A stretch of DNA of 64,000 nucleotides from an uncultured Candidatus Saccharibacteria bacterium (GCA_964494105.1 CAZBQI010000003.1:21737-85736); one strand, 5' to 3'; counted from the stretch's first letter, positions 20,763 through 31,817 are shown. Translations and numbers: made by a program. The notes: generated by a model from the sequence alone, not told the origin.

Positions 20763-21311
20763 ATGGATGTGACAATTAAAAAATTTGAACAGAAATACCT
20801 CAAACCAAGTATTGGCGAGATTCGCTCAGGTGATAATGTTCGCGTACATCAAACTATTCGCGAAGGTGGCAAGACCCGAGTTCAGGTATTTGAGGGCATG
20901 GTTATTCGGACTCGCAAAATGGGATCTTTGCAGGCCAGCATAACTGTAAGGCGAATTGCCAGTGGTATTGGAGTGGAAAAACTATTCGTATTGCATTCGC
21001 CAAATGTTGTTAAGGTAGACGTTGTACGTCGAAATAAAGTACGACGAAACTTACTTAGTTACATGCGACAACGCAGCGGTAAGTCAACCAGATTGACAGA
21101 GCAGAAGTTCGATGTTGAAAAATCCGGAGTTACTGAACAAAAGAAAAAGGCTCCTAAAGAAGACAATACTAAAGACCAGATGAAAGATGATAGCGAAACA
21201 GATAATCAGGCAAAAGAACAAAAAGACCAAGCCGATGATGCTAAAGCAAAAGAGAAGAAAGAAAAAGCCGAAGCTTTCCGCAAGGCCCAGGCCGAAAAAA
21301 CAAACAAATAG
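20763..21311 (+). CDS. rplS: 50S ribosomal protein L19 with charged C-terminal extension
   Basis: GDNVRVH..IREG..RVQVFEG..TVRRIASGIGVEK..HSP..KVRR. Start placed at the ATG of MDVTIKK. Confidence 0.95.
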   Translation: MDVTIKKFEQKYLKPSIGEIRSGDNVRVHQTIREGGKTRVQVFEGMVIRTRKMGSLQASITVRRIASGIGVEKLFVLHSPNVVKVDVVRRNKVRRNLLSYMRQRSGKSTRLTEQKFDVEKSGVTEQKKKAPKEDNTKDQMKDDSETDNQAKEQKDQADDAKAKEKKEKAEAFRKAQAEKTNK

Positions 21312-21345
21312 CATCTAAAGTTCTGCTCGGTGCTAAAATATTTAT

Positions 21346-21909
21346 GTGAATAGAATAGTGATCGGAGTAGATGAGGTCGGCCGTGGACCATGGGCCGGCC
21401 CACTGGTTTCTTGTGCGGTTGCTTTTCGGTCGGAACACTTTATATGGGGCCTCACCGATTCGAAAAAGCTAAGAAAAAGGGCGCGCGAGAGGCTATCGAT
21501 GATTATTAAAGAACAGGCCTTGGCTATTGGCATTGGTTGGGTAGAGTCAGCTACTATCGATGAATTTGGACTGACCAAGGCTACCAGCATCAGTATGCAT
21601 AGGGCGATATCACAAATAAAGCTGGTAGCAAGCGAGACGGTTATCGATGGCAACATTGATTATTTGAATACGCCGAGCTCGCACTGTGTAGTGAAAGCGG
21701 ACTCTCTTTACCCAAGCGTAGCAGCAGCTTCAGTAATCGCGAAAGTTGCTCGAGATGCCTACATGTCCCATATAGCAATACTCTACCCTGCCTATGGTTT
21801 TGCGCAACATGCTGGTTATGGCACGAAAATGCACCAGGAGGCTCTTTCGGAGCATGGTATTTCTCCGCTTCACCGCCGTAGTTTCGCCCCGGTTAGGGCG
21901 CTATTGTGA
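21346..21909 (+). CDS. rnhB: ribonuclease HII
   Basis: GVDEVGRGPWAGP, DSKKL, VAAASVIAKVARD, HRRSF. Confidence 0.96.
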   Translation: MNRIVIGVDEVGRGPWAGPLVSCAVAFRSEHFIWGLTDSKKLRKRARERLSMIIKEQALAIGIGWVESATIDEFGLTKATSISMHRAISQIKLVASETVIDGNIDYLNTPSSHCVVKADSLYPSVAAASVIAKVARDAYMSHIAILYPAYGFAQHAGYGTKMHQEALSEHGISPLHRRSFAPVRALL

Positions 21910-22256
21910 TGTCGAACCTCAAAGGCCACGAGGCTGAACTACTGGCAGGATTGTACTTGGAAAATATAGGATTCAAAATACTTGATCGAAATTGGCGAAA
22001 CCGCTTCTGCGAAATCGATATAGTGGCGACTCGGAATGATGCGGTGCACTTTGTCGAGGTAAAGTACCGTGCCAGCTCAGTCGCTGGGGTAGCCCTGGAA
22101 TACATAACGCCAACAAAGCTAGCACAGATGAAGCGTGGAGCTCAGTATTGGCTTATAGAGCATGAATGGGATGGTGACTGGATGCTCGATGCAATTGCGA
22201 TTACCGGAGAAATTAGCTTCACTAATTTGGAATTTATTCAGAATGTTTCCAACTAA
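21906..22256 (+). CDS. YraN-family putative endonuclease
   Basis: G..AE..A..YL, RNWR...EIDIVA, FVEVKYR. Alternative start ATG at 21909. Confidence 0.92.
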   Translation: MMSNLKGHEAELLAGLYLENIGFKILDRNWRNRFCEIDIVATRNDAVHFVEVKYRASSVAGVALEYITPTKLAQMKRGAQYWLIEHEWDGDWMLDAIAITGEISFTNLEFIQNVSN

Positions 22257-24801
22257 AGTTTTCTAGGTACTCAATAAGTTTCGCATGCTCTCGCTGTTTA
22301 AATGCGGAGCGGTACTTGATGATATCAAGGCCGTTCCTAAGTCCCTGTGAATAAAGGGAGGTATCTTTGGTGGCAAAAAAATTACGTGCACGTCGTGCCA
22401 GGCGGTTATCACTATAACTTCCTAATATTGATTCAACCAAACCACTCTTCACAATTGTCCCGGCGTAGTTATCGTGAAACCATTGCCAGTTCTTTTCTAT
22501 ATATTCCCACATATAACTTTGAGTATGACGATTCCGACAAAGGTATATTACCCAAACATAAGCATCCTGCACGCGCACCTCTTTGCGCATGAATTCGAGC
22601 GCCTTTTTCCCAAGGCTTGGCTGATGAAAATTAGTCATAGCGCGAGCAATTCGGCGTTGCTCCTCACTATTATCAGTACCGCGATGCCACTTAATTAATT
22701 GGGCAAACTCTTTTCGACCACCATGTCTGGCTACAGTGCTTAGGGTGATGTCACGAATATCAGGGTTAATGTTCTTATTATTTAGGAGTTGTTTGTAGAT
22801 ATTTTGGATATTGGCCACTGCATCGCCATACTCGAATCTAGCGGCCAGATTAAGGACAGTTAATTGCAGTTTTATTTCGTTATGCGAAGCATTTTTGCCA
22901 ATCTTCCATACCAGTCTTGGGTAATGGTAAGAAATTAAGTGATGAATATAGGGCTGCAAAAGTTTATCAAATTTGTCACTACCGAAAGTTAAGTTAAGAG
23001 TACCGATACCAGAGCCAATTTGTTCCCACACCTCAGCAACATTTGATTTTCTTGCACTAATAAAGAGCTTCAAAAGCTCGGGCAAATGCGAGTAACCCGC
23101 AATTGCGAGATCAAGCTGGTCGCCTAAGAGCCCGATAGCTTCCAGTTCGTCTAGGCTGTTTTGTGAAATTTTCGCATCTAGCTTCAGTAGGTCTTCTCGA
23201 GGATAGGCGACTCGGTAAAAACCACTTTGACCAACGTTTAGATTCATAAAAGATTCAGGTTTGATTTTCAATTCGATTGTTTTCGATATAGTTTTTAGTT
23301 CTAGTTTATATGTTTTGGCATCGACTTGAATGTGCAGGGGGACTGGCCAAATAACATGTGGTAATTTTGATTTGTTATTATACCTAAAAATTGATTGATT
23401 AAACTCAATTTTACCTTGTTTTTGGCTATAGCTGATAATCGGATGACCCGGCTGATGTACCCATTTATGCATGAACTCTTTTACCGGTTTTTTTGCTACT
23501 TTTTCCAATTCCGACCATAAATCATTGCGAGTTGCATTTTTGTATGAGAAGCGAGTGAGGTATTGTTTTAGGCCGCGCCGGAAAGTCTCCTCACCCAAGT
23601 ATGATTCGAGCATTCGAATGGCACTAGAACCCTTGCGATAGGTAATTGCGTCAAACTTCTGAGCTATCTCACCCGGGTGATTAATCGTGGCATAGATTGC
23701 GTGGGTAGTTGAGTAGCTGTCGCTACGCAAAGCCCCAAACATATCTGAACTAACGTATTCCCGCCACATATGCCAATTTGGCCTGATATGATTGCTGCAT
23801 TTATACTCAATCCAGCTAGCAAAGCCCTCATTTAACCACAGATCATCCCACCACTGCATGGTTACTAAATTTCCGAACCACATATGAGCGAGCTCATGTG
23901 TAACTACAATCGTGTTGTAGATAAGCATGTCTTGAGACGTGGTTTTCGGATCTACCAAAAGCGAATCAGCTCGATATACAACACAGCCCCAGTTTTCCAT
24001 CGCTCCCACGCCCGGTTCCATATCGGGTATGGCAATCTGGTTTAAGTTTTCCAGGGGGTAGTTTATTCCAAAGTAATTCTCGTAGTATTCCAGAGCTTTC
24101 TTTGCCAGATACAGCGATTCGTCAACAAACTTAATTTGACTTGGAATTGCGTAGGTGCGAATAATAACGCCTCGTCTGGTTTTCGTCTGCTTGTACTTCC
24201 AGTCTCCCGCTGATATTGCCAGTAGGTAGCTAGACATTTTTGGTGTAGGTTTAAATACTGTGACTTTTTTAGAATCGTTTATTTCTTCAGATTCAGACAG
24301 AGTGTTGCTAATTACCACATCATCTTTAGGTGTCGTAATTGTTAGCTGAAAAACCGCTTTCGCAGCAGGCTCATCAATACAAGGCAAGAGCTGACGAGCA
24401 TAGGTGCTTTCAAGCTGACTGGTTAACAGGTATTTTTCTTTGCCCTTTTCAGTATAAGTGCTGCGGTATATTCCATGGGGGTGTTTATTAATCTTACCGC
24501 TGTATGATATTTTAAATTCGCACTTGCCAATACTAAGTTTTTTGGAAAAAACTATTTTCACTTCCTCTTTTTCTGTATCAAAGACAACTGACTTGCATGA
24601 GTTTGTAACTTTATTCTGAGTAACCTCGACTGAATTAAGCTGTAAATTCTTACTGTGCAAAGTAACCTGCTTTGTGATTTTTGGTAAGTGGCCACGTATT
24701 ACTAGCTCTGAAGTAAAAGACAGTTTATTAATATTCGGGGCCAAATTCAGGCTGTAGCGGACCGGTTGAAATTCGGGTAAAAGCTGACGGACTTTTGTCA
24801 T
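22234..24801 (-). CDS. pepN: M1-family aminopeptidase (PepN/ERAP1-like)
   Basis: GAMENWG, HELAHMWFGNLVT, WLNEGFA, YRKG. Start at ATG 24801, 7 nt after TGtTACAAT. Confidence 0.93.
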   Translation of the reverse strand: MTKVRQLLPEFQPVRYSLNLAPNINKLSFTSELVIRGHLPKITKQVTLHSKNLQLNSVEVTQNKVTNSCKSVVFDTEKEEVKIVFSKKLSIGKCEFKISYSGKINKHPHGIYRSTYTEKGKEKYLLTSQLESTYARQLLPCIDEPAAKAVFQLTITTPKDDVVISNTLSESEEINDSKKVTVFKPTPKMSSYLLAISAGDWKYKQTKTRRGVIIRTYAIPSQIKFVDESLYLAKKALEYYENYFGINYPLENLNQIAIPDMEPGVGAMENWGCVVYRADSLLVDPKTTSQDMLIYNTIVVTHELAHMWFGNLVTMQWWDDLWLNEGFASWIEYKCSNHIRPNWHMWREYVSSDMFGALRSDSYSTTHAIYATINHPGEIAQKFDAITYRKGSSAIRMLESYLGEETFRRGLKQYLTRFSYKNATRNDLWSELEKVAKKPVKEFMHKWVHQPGHPIISYSQKQGKIEFNQSIFRYNNKSKLPHVIWPVPLHIQVDAKTYKLELKTISKTIELKIKPESFMNLNVGQSGFYRVAYPREDLLKLDAKISQNSLDELEAIGLLGDQLDLAIAGYSHLPELLKLFISARKSNVAEVWEQIGSGIGTLNLTFGSDKFDKLLQPYIHHLISYHYPRLVWKIGKNASHNEIKLQLTVLNLAARFEYGDAVANIQNIYKQLLNNKNINPDIRDITLSTVARHGGRKEFAQLIKWHRGTDNSEEQRRIARAMTNFHQPSLGKKALEFMRKEVRVQDAYVWVIYLCRNRHTQSYMWEYIEKNWQWFHDNYAGTIVKSGLVESILGSYSDNRLARRARNFFATKDTSLYSQGLRNGLDIIKYRSAFKQREHAKLIEYLENFSWKHSE

Positions 24802-24829
24802 GAAGACTATTGTAACATATGGGGTAGAA

Positions 24830-24858
24830 TTGACATTTTGGCTATGGTTTGCTATCGT
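24830..24858 (+). promoter_or_regulatory. sigma70-type promoter for nusA
   Basis: TTGACA (24830-24835), 17-nt spacer, extended -10 TGcTATCGT. Confidence 0.7.
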
Positions 24859-24868
24859 TATAGTCAAC

Positions 24869-24897
24869 AAAGGTCGGCCAAGCAGGTCGGCTTTTTT
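24869..24897 (+). terminator. terminator-like hairpin in the nusA 5' leader
   Basis: AAAGGTCGGCC-aagca-GGTCGGCTTTTTT, a stem with G-U pairs and a U tract between promoter and RBS. Confidence 0.65.
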
Positions 24898-24922
24898 AAT
24901 AGCTAGGAGTAAAGAAAAAGAT

Positions 24923-26209
24923 ATGGATGATCAGATTGACCCAAAATTATTTATCGCTACAATGCGGCAAATTGCCGAAGAAAAGAATTTGCCGTTCGAA
25001 GTTGTGCAAGATGCACTCGAGCAAGCTTTAGCTGCTGCTTATCGTAAAGACCACGGTACGCGTGACCAGCTGATACGAGTGGAATTAAATACGAAAAGTG
25101 GAGATTACAAAGTATTTGTTGTGCACAACGTAGTTGATGAGGTAGAGAACGAAGAAACCGACCTGTTACTAGATGAGGCCAAGATAATAGACAAAGACGC
25201 CAAGATTGGCGGGACTGTAGAACAAGAAGAAGAAGTTAAGCCATTTGGTCGCGTAGCAGCCCAAACTGCTAAACAAGTTATTTTACAAAAGCTACGTGAA
25301 GCTGAGCGGGATGTTGTACAAGAAGAGTTTAGCGGTAGAATTGGGAGTTTATTGAATGGCACAGTACAACGCATTGAGCCAAAAGTTGTGTATGTGGATC
25401 TTGGCAAAGCCCAAGGGATTTTACCGGGTAGCGAGCAAATTCAGGGTGAGCACTATAGCAACGGGCAACGCCTGAAAGTATTCTTGAGAGACGTAGAAAG
25501 CTCAGCTCGCGGACCGCAACTTGTGCTTTCGCGGGCAAATCCGGAGTTCGTTTCACTACTATTTGAGCGCGAAGTACCAGAAATGGAAAACAATGCTGTA
25601 GAGATTAAGGCGATTGCGCGTGAAGCAGGCGTTCGCACCAAAATTGCTGTGGCTTCAACCGTTCCTGGAGTTGACCCTGTTGGTACGTTCGTTGGTGGTC
25701 ATGGTACGCGGGTGCAGGCGGTAATGAATGAAATCGGCGAAGAAAAAATCGATATTGTAATGTATAGCGACGATATTATTACACTCATAACAAATGCGCT
25801 GTCTCCGACTAAAATTACTAAAGTTACACTTGACGAGAAAGAACACAAAGCCTCAGTAGAAGTGCCTGAGGACCAATTGTCGATCGCAATTGGTAAGAAT
25901 GGTCAAAATGTACGCCTGGCATCAAAACTTACCGGTTGGCAGATAGACATTGTTGGCGCCAGTGGCGACAGACGAGAAGCACAAGATGTACCAGAAGCAC
26001 CTACAAAAGCCGTGGCACCTAAGCGACCGGCTAGCAAGTCTGACCTAGAAGCAGCTTTAATTGGAGCTGTTGATGAGCACGGTGAAGAGCCAGCTGTTGA
26101 CGAAGCTCCAAAAACATCAGATGAGCAGTCAGAAAAACCTGTAGCTAGCGGTGACACGGAAGCTGCTAAAGATAGTTCCGAAGGCGTGACAGAAGCGAAG
26201 AAATCATAG
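24923..26209 (+). CDS. nusA: transcription termination factor NusA
   Basis: FGRVAAQTAKQVI, S1 and KH domains, AIGKNGQNVRLASKLTGWQIDI; acidic tail; AGGAG upstream. Confidence 0.97.
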   Translation: MDDQIDPKLFIATMRQIAEEKNLPFEVVQDALEQALAAAYRKDHGTRDQLIRVELNTKSGDYKVFVVHNVVDEVENEETDLLLDEAKIIDKDAKIGGTVEQEEEVKPFGRVAAQTAKQVILQKLREAERDVVQEEFSGRIGSLLNGTVQRIEPKVVYVDLGKAQGILPGSEQIQGEHYSNGQRLKVFLRDVESSARGPQLVLSRANPEFVSLLFEREVPEMENNAVEIKAIAREAGVRTKIAVASTVPGVDPVGTFVGGHGTRVQAVMNEIGEEKIDIVMYSDDIITLITNALSPTKITKVTLDEKEHKASVEVPEDQLSIAIGKNGQNVRLASKLTGWQIDIVGASGDRREAQDVPEAPTKAVAPKRPASKSDLEAALIGAVDEHGEEPAVDEAPKTSDEQSEKPVASGDTEAAKDSSEGVTEAKKS

Positions 26210-26255
26210 GATTCATTAGCCGGTAAGCACGACTATAGTTATTAAGGAAAAATAC

Positions 26256-26287
26256 TTGACACCAGTATACTAGCATGCTAGTATACT
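26256..26287 (+). promoter_or_regulatory. promoter overlapped by a TrpR-type operator palindrome
   Basis: TTGACA (26256)-17-TAGTAT; perfect 24-bp palindrome AGTATACTAGCATGCTAGTATACT at 26264-26287 with core ACTAG-N4-CTAGT, as in the E. coli trp operator. Confidence 0.85.
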
Positions 26288-26292
26288 AAATT

Positions 26293-26595
26293 ATGTTATC
26301 AAAACATGATCAAGAACTAGTTACATTATTTACAAAGACAACAGATTACAATCTGATGGAGAACTTATTGTCTGGTATTTTAACGCCCGGCGAACGCACA
26401 GAAATAGCGCAGCGGCTGCAGATTATAAAGTTGCTACTTGATGGCGTGCCACAAGCAAAAATCGCTAAAGACCTCGGAGTTGGAATTGCGACCGTAACAC
26501 GGGGTTCACGTGCAGTAAAAAGCGGCTATTTTAAGGTGTTACAACAAAAAAGTGATCAAAAAATAACGGAGCACTCGCTTCGTTGGCGCTCATAG
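26293..26595 (+). CDS. trpR: Trp repressor-family transcriptional regulator
   Basis: LTPGERTEIAQRLQII...Q..IA..LGVGIATVTRGS, compared with E. coli TrpR LTPDEREALGTRVRIV...GAGIATITRGS. Confidence 0.88.
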   Translation: MLSKHDQELVTLFTKTTDYNLMENLLSGILTPGERTEIAQRLQIIKLLLDGVPQAKIAKDLGVGIATVTRGSRAVKSGYFKVLQQKSDQKITEHSLRWRS

Positions 26596-26654
26596 CTAAA
26601 ACATTTATTTAATAACAATAATTTTACCAAGGGTGGGGTAGAGGAGTTTTAGAT

Positions 26655-29384
26655 ATGAGTGGAATAGAAAGTGCGCACGCAGAGTCCGCAACATCAGCTG
26701 GCATTAATAGAGCTTATGCCTCGGAGTTTGTTTTAACCCTGAGTGATGCCAAATGCCAAGATACAGAATTGGCGGGTGGAAAAGCGGCAAACTTATCGAT
26801 ATTAGTGCGAAACGGAGTGGATGTGCCCGAAGGTTTCGTGCTTACGACCGAAGCATACGATGTGATCACAAGGGATCCTTATTATTATGATCTGGGAATA
26901 GCGTACGATATGTTGTCAGGCACTAGCTATGTCTCAAACGGCAATACAGAAGGCAAAGAGCCAAGTGGACAGATGCTTGATATATTGGAAGAAGCATCCA
27001 GAGCTGCGAATTACTTTGAGGATGCAATAGCATTGCGAAGCTCAGCAACAGTTGAGGACGGATCAAGAACAAGTCTTGCAGGTGTATTTGATACGCATTA
27101 TGTCAATAGAGAATCTGCTAGTACACCTGGCTTGGTAATGAATACTATTCTAGGGATATATAAACAAGCTCAATCAGAAACAACTCGGCGGGCATTGATT
27201 GAGCACGGAATTAATCCTGATGATTTAAAAATGGCAATAATTATTCAACGCTTGGTAAAGGCTGAATACTCTGGTGTTATGTATACAAGAGCGAGTGGAG
27301 ATGGTCGCTTGGTTCAGTACACTCAAGGAATGGGGGATCGTTTGGTAGACGGGGTTACTACAGGTACTTCGATCATCATAGAACCCGAAACTGGTGTAAT
27401 CACTCGTTCATTTGATTTTGAATCACGTGCCATGCCACGTGAAAACGTGAAGGAGTTAGAAAGGGTTGCCTCAGAAGTCGAGTCAGTTTTTGGCGGCACA
27501 CCTCAGGATGTTGAATTCGCTATCGATGAGCGACGCAGTGTAAAAGTTGTTCAGTCCAGACCAATGACACGAGAAGTAGAAGGTATCTCTCAGGAAATTA
27601 CGACACTCGAAGCGGTTGATATGATCAAGGCTCGAGCTGAGGCAGTTATGCAACATGAGATGTCTAGGCTGAAGACTCAAAATTCTATTCTATTTCAAGC
27701 TAACTTTTCCGAATTACTGCCAAACCCGTCACCAATGGACGTTGGGGTGTTCCAGTACATTTTCCCTGGCAGGGACGAGGTAGATGGAGCAATTCAGATT
27801 GGGCGTCGTGACATGGGGTACCCATTAAAAGATGGTTCCACTGGTTACTTGCATTATATTGGTGGCAGAGCTTACGAGAGTTTAGCTGGCGACGCACTAA
27901 CCTATTTTGGAGGATTTCCTGAGAGTGAAGCGGAGTATGTAGAAACGCTCGTAGCTGAGTATTTGAGAAAAGTACAAGAAGACCCAGATCTTGCTTCCTA
28001 CCCGGAGATGGGATTATACCTGCAGGATCCTACTCTAGAAGATTTGCAAACAAGATACGGTGATCGCGCACCAAAACTCTTTGATGTCTATCATCAACTC
28101 AGACAAAAGCTCAAGTACTCGGCAGAAGTGTTTAAGGATAATTTTGGGCAGACTGGAAATATTGAAAACGAACAGTTTATCGAATCGTTGTCAGATCAGG
28201 AACTTGACGAGCTTGACGATGATGCACTGCTATATTCCACAGTCCTGATATTGGAGCATTTGAGACAAAAATCATGTGTAGACTTTGTTCATGCAGCTAG
28301 ACTTGGCTTCTACTATACCCAAAGACTTCAATCATTTCTCGCCGATACACTTGGTTTAGCACCTGATGAAATGCAAGAGACACTAGCAACTTTAGGCCAA
28401 GGCCTCGAAGGCAGTAGTGTAACAGAAACTAACATAGCAATTAGTGAAGCAGATGATCTGGATACTGCTCTAGCGATAGCAAGACAAAGGATATCTCATT
28501 ATCCCGCGATTGGAGAAATGTTAGAAATTAGGCATCCTAGACTTAGTGAGGACCCCGATGCATTGCGGGCATATGTTGAGGAGATACGAATTAATAGAGA
28601 CTTTAGGTTTAAACATGAGGCGCAGACGAAAGAGCGCAGAGTAGCGGAGCAATCATTAACTGAGATGCTACCTCTAGAACTACAAGCTGAATTTAGAGAA
28701 GTAGCAAAAAACGCGCAAACTTACATGGCTTTGCGAGAAACCATAAAGGACCAATTTGGTCGTGAGTACGGTCTACTAAGGGAGAGATTAGTTGAAATCG
28801 AATCACGCTTGGGTATTGTGCCAGAGGGGATTTTTTATCTTTATCCGCGAGAACTACCCGAAGTTATGCTCGATCCCAGTTCGTACTATCATATAATCGA
28901 AGCGCGCAAAGCCGAATTTACAGCTTTTCAGAAGGTGAGTATGCCTACGGTGATCACTCCGAGTAGCATTAGTTCTATAGAAGTTGGCGTAAGTAATAAT
29001 AGAAAGTTAGTCGAAGAAAAAGGCAGGTTTCTTTCGCACGGCACTGCTGTTCAGGGGGTAGTTATTAAGTTAGATGACTATGGTGAACTCGAGGATGACC
29101 CACAACACACAAGGGCTGCTTTACATCAGAGGATTCAAGAACTGAAAGGCAAAGGAGTAAAAGTAATTCTAGCTGCGCGTCAGGTTAATCTTACCGATGA
29201 CCCACTTATCAATCTCGCAGATGGTTTAATATTGCAGAAAGCGGGCATTGTATCTCATGGGGCTCAAAGGGCTCGTGAACTTGGGATAGGCGCACTATCT
29301 GGTATAGATATATCTATAATAGATTCTGGTATGAAGATAATATTTGATCCGCATAACAGAATGGTAAGGAGGATTGATGAGTAG
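26655..29384 (+). CDS. PEP-synthase/rifampin-phosphotransferase-like dikinase (ATP-grasp, central substrate domain, C-terminal phospho-His swivel)
   Basis: GGKAANL, VPEGFVLTT, RSSATVEDG..SLAG, SGVMYT, PQDVEFAI, QSRPMT; NFSELLP; C-terminal SHGAQRARELGI; GAGGAG RBS. Confidence 0.85.
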   Translation: MSGIESAHAESATSAGINRAYASEFVLTLSDAKCQDTELAGGKAANLSILVRNGVDVPEGFVLTTEAYDVITRDPYYYDLGIAYDMLSGTSYVSNGNTEGKEPSGQMLDILEEASRAANYFEDAIALRSSATVEDGSRTSLAGVFDTHYVNRESASTPGLVMNTILGIYKQAQSETTRRALIEHGINPDDLKMAIIIQRLVKAEYSGVMYTRASGDGRLVQYTQGMGDRLVDGVTTGTSIIIEPETGVITRSFDFESRAMPRENVKELERVASEVESVFGGTPQDVEFAIDERRSVKVVQSRPMTREVEGISQEITTLEAVDMIKARAEAVMQHEMSRLKTQNSILFQANFSELLPNPSPMDVGVFQYIFPGRDEVDGAIQIGRRDMGYPLKDGSTGYLHYIGGRAYESLAGDALTYFGGFPESEAEYVETLVAEYLRKVQEDPDLASYPEMGLYLQDPTLEDLQTRYGDRAPKLFDVYHQLRQKLKYSAEVFKDNFGQTGNIENEQFIESLSDQELDELDDDALLYSTVLILEHLRQKSCVDFVHAARLGFYYTQRLQSFLADTLGLAPDEMQETLATLGQGLEGSSVTETNIAISEADDLDTALAIARQRISHYPAIGEMLEIRHPRLSEDPDALRAYVEEIRINRDFRFKHEAQTKERRVAEQSLTEMLPLELQAEFREVAKNAQTYMALRETIKDQFGREYGLLRERLVEIESRLGIVPEGIFYLYPRELPEVMLDPSSYYHIIEARKAEFTAFQKVSMPTVITPSSISSIEVGVSNNRKLVEEKGRFLSHGTAVQGVVIKLDDYGELEDDPQHTRAALHQRIQELKGKGVKVILAARQVNLTDDPLINLADGLILQKAGIVSHGAQRARELGIGALSGIDISIIDSGMKIIFDPHNRMVRRIDE

Positions 29385-29988
29385 AGTGACTTTTCTGCGT
29401 CATGGTATTCTTCAGAATCCATATAACGACTATACTCAACTAACATTAATGCAGCTAAATGAATTAGCCGAGCAGAAAACACAGCCACATATCAACCAGG
29501 CGCAATCAACGCATCTTATCAGCAAAAAAATTGAAAGTCTCAAAAGTATAGAAGCTATTTACTGTGCCACTAATCGTCGTTCGGCTGAGACAGCTGCCTT
29601 ACTAGCACAGAGCTTAAATAAGCCATTTCCAATAGAAGCAACAGCATTATTAAATGAAATTGTTTTTAGCCCAGCTAAGATGATAGCTGAAGCTCAGTAT
29701 AAATTAGCAGGCATGGATGCAATTAGGGAGAGTTTATTTATGTCTATAGTCTCAGGGGACGGCAAAGCTGAAAGCCTGAGCGATATTTACAATCGGGTCA
29801 ATAGAATAGATGGTTTAATTAAAAAATCTAGATACGGGGATGTGCTTGTTGTAACGCATGGATTCTTAATGCGCTTTTTACAGGTACATTATTTACAAGA
29901 ACAAGTAAATTTTATGCATATAAAAGCAGAAGATATCGCACAACAGAAAAATTACTATTATTTAGATGGCTTTACTACAAAAATATAG
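29377..29988 (+). CDS. histidine phosphatase (phosphoglycerate mutase-like) family protein
   Basis: FLRHG, RSAETA, LNEI, LVVTHG; AGGAGG RBS; overlaps the kinase stop. Confidence 0.85.
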   Translation: MSRVTFLRHGILQNPYNDYTQLTLMQLNELAEQKTQPHINQAQSTHLISKKIESLKSIEAIYCATNRRSAETAALLAQSLNKPFPIEATALLNEIVFSPAKMIAEAQYKLAGMDAIRESLFMSIVSGDGKAESLSDIYNRVNRIDGLIKKSRYGDVLVVTHGFLMRFLQVHYLQEQVNFMHIKAEDIAQQKNYYYLDGFTTKI

Positions 29989-29990
29989 CA

Positions 29991-30421
29991 CTAAACTTTG
30001 CGGTGGTGTCGGCGTCTAAGTTCGGCAACTTTTAGCTGCGCTAAGTGGCGTTCAATTAAGCCGGTGGCATCGGCCAGGGCTACTTGGTCTTTGGCGTTCT
30101 TCTGCATGTCTTTGGCGCGCTCTAGAGCTTCTTTGACTTCCATTTCGTTAATATCATCTGCTGCTTCAGCGGCATTAGCTAATAGGCGAACCCTCGTGCC
30201 TGAGATTTCAATTACGCCACCATCACTGGCAAAATGATCTAGCTTAGAGTCCGGATCGTTCTGTGACCTGCGCACACTCACAACGCCGGGGACAGCGATG
30301 GAAATCAGCGGTATGTGATGAGGCATGATTGTAATGATTCCAGATGGAGTAGGGAGTGAAATAGAATAGCACTCTTCGGTAAACTTTACGCCTTCTAGTG
30401 TTACAAGCTCAAATGTCAGCA

Positions 30422-30422
<1 letters not shown>
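29991..30422 (-). CDS. atpC: ATP synthase F1 epsilon
   Basis: LPT..G.I.IMPHHIPLI, GGVIEI, C-terminal helices; operon position. Confidence 0.93.
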
Positions 30423-31807
<1,385 letters not shown>

Positions 31808-31817
31808 TCATGCCTCC

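Noticed and set aside
24800-24922. Extended overlapping N-termini of pepN and nusA in the ORF track
   Set aside because: The region holds divergent promoters and a leader hairpin; better starts are 24801(-) and 24923(+).
26568-26654. Trp codon near the end of trpR (LRWRS) with a weak hairpin as a second attenuator
   Set aside because: A single Trp codon, imperfect pairing and no hairpin-plus-U-tract terminator before the kinase.
26655-29384. Ordinary PEP synthase (ppsA) or confirmed rifampin resistance gene
   Set aside because: The His domain is C-terminal and no pyruvate-binding barrel is evident; the substrate cannot be assigned by eye.
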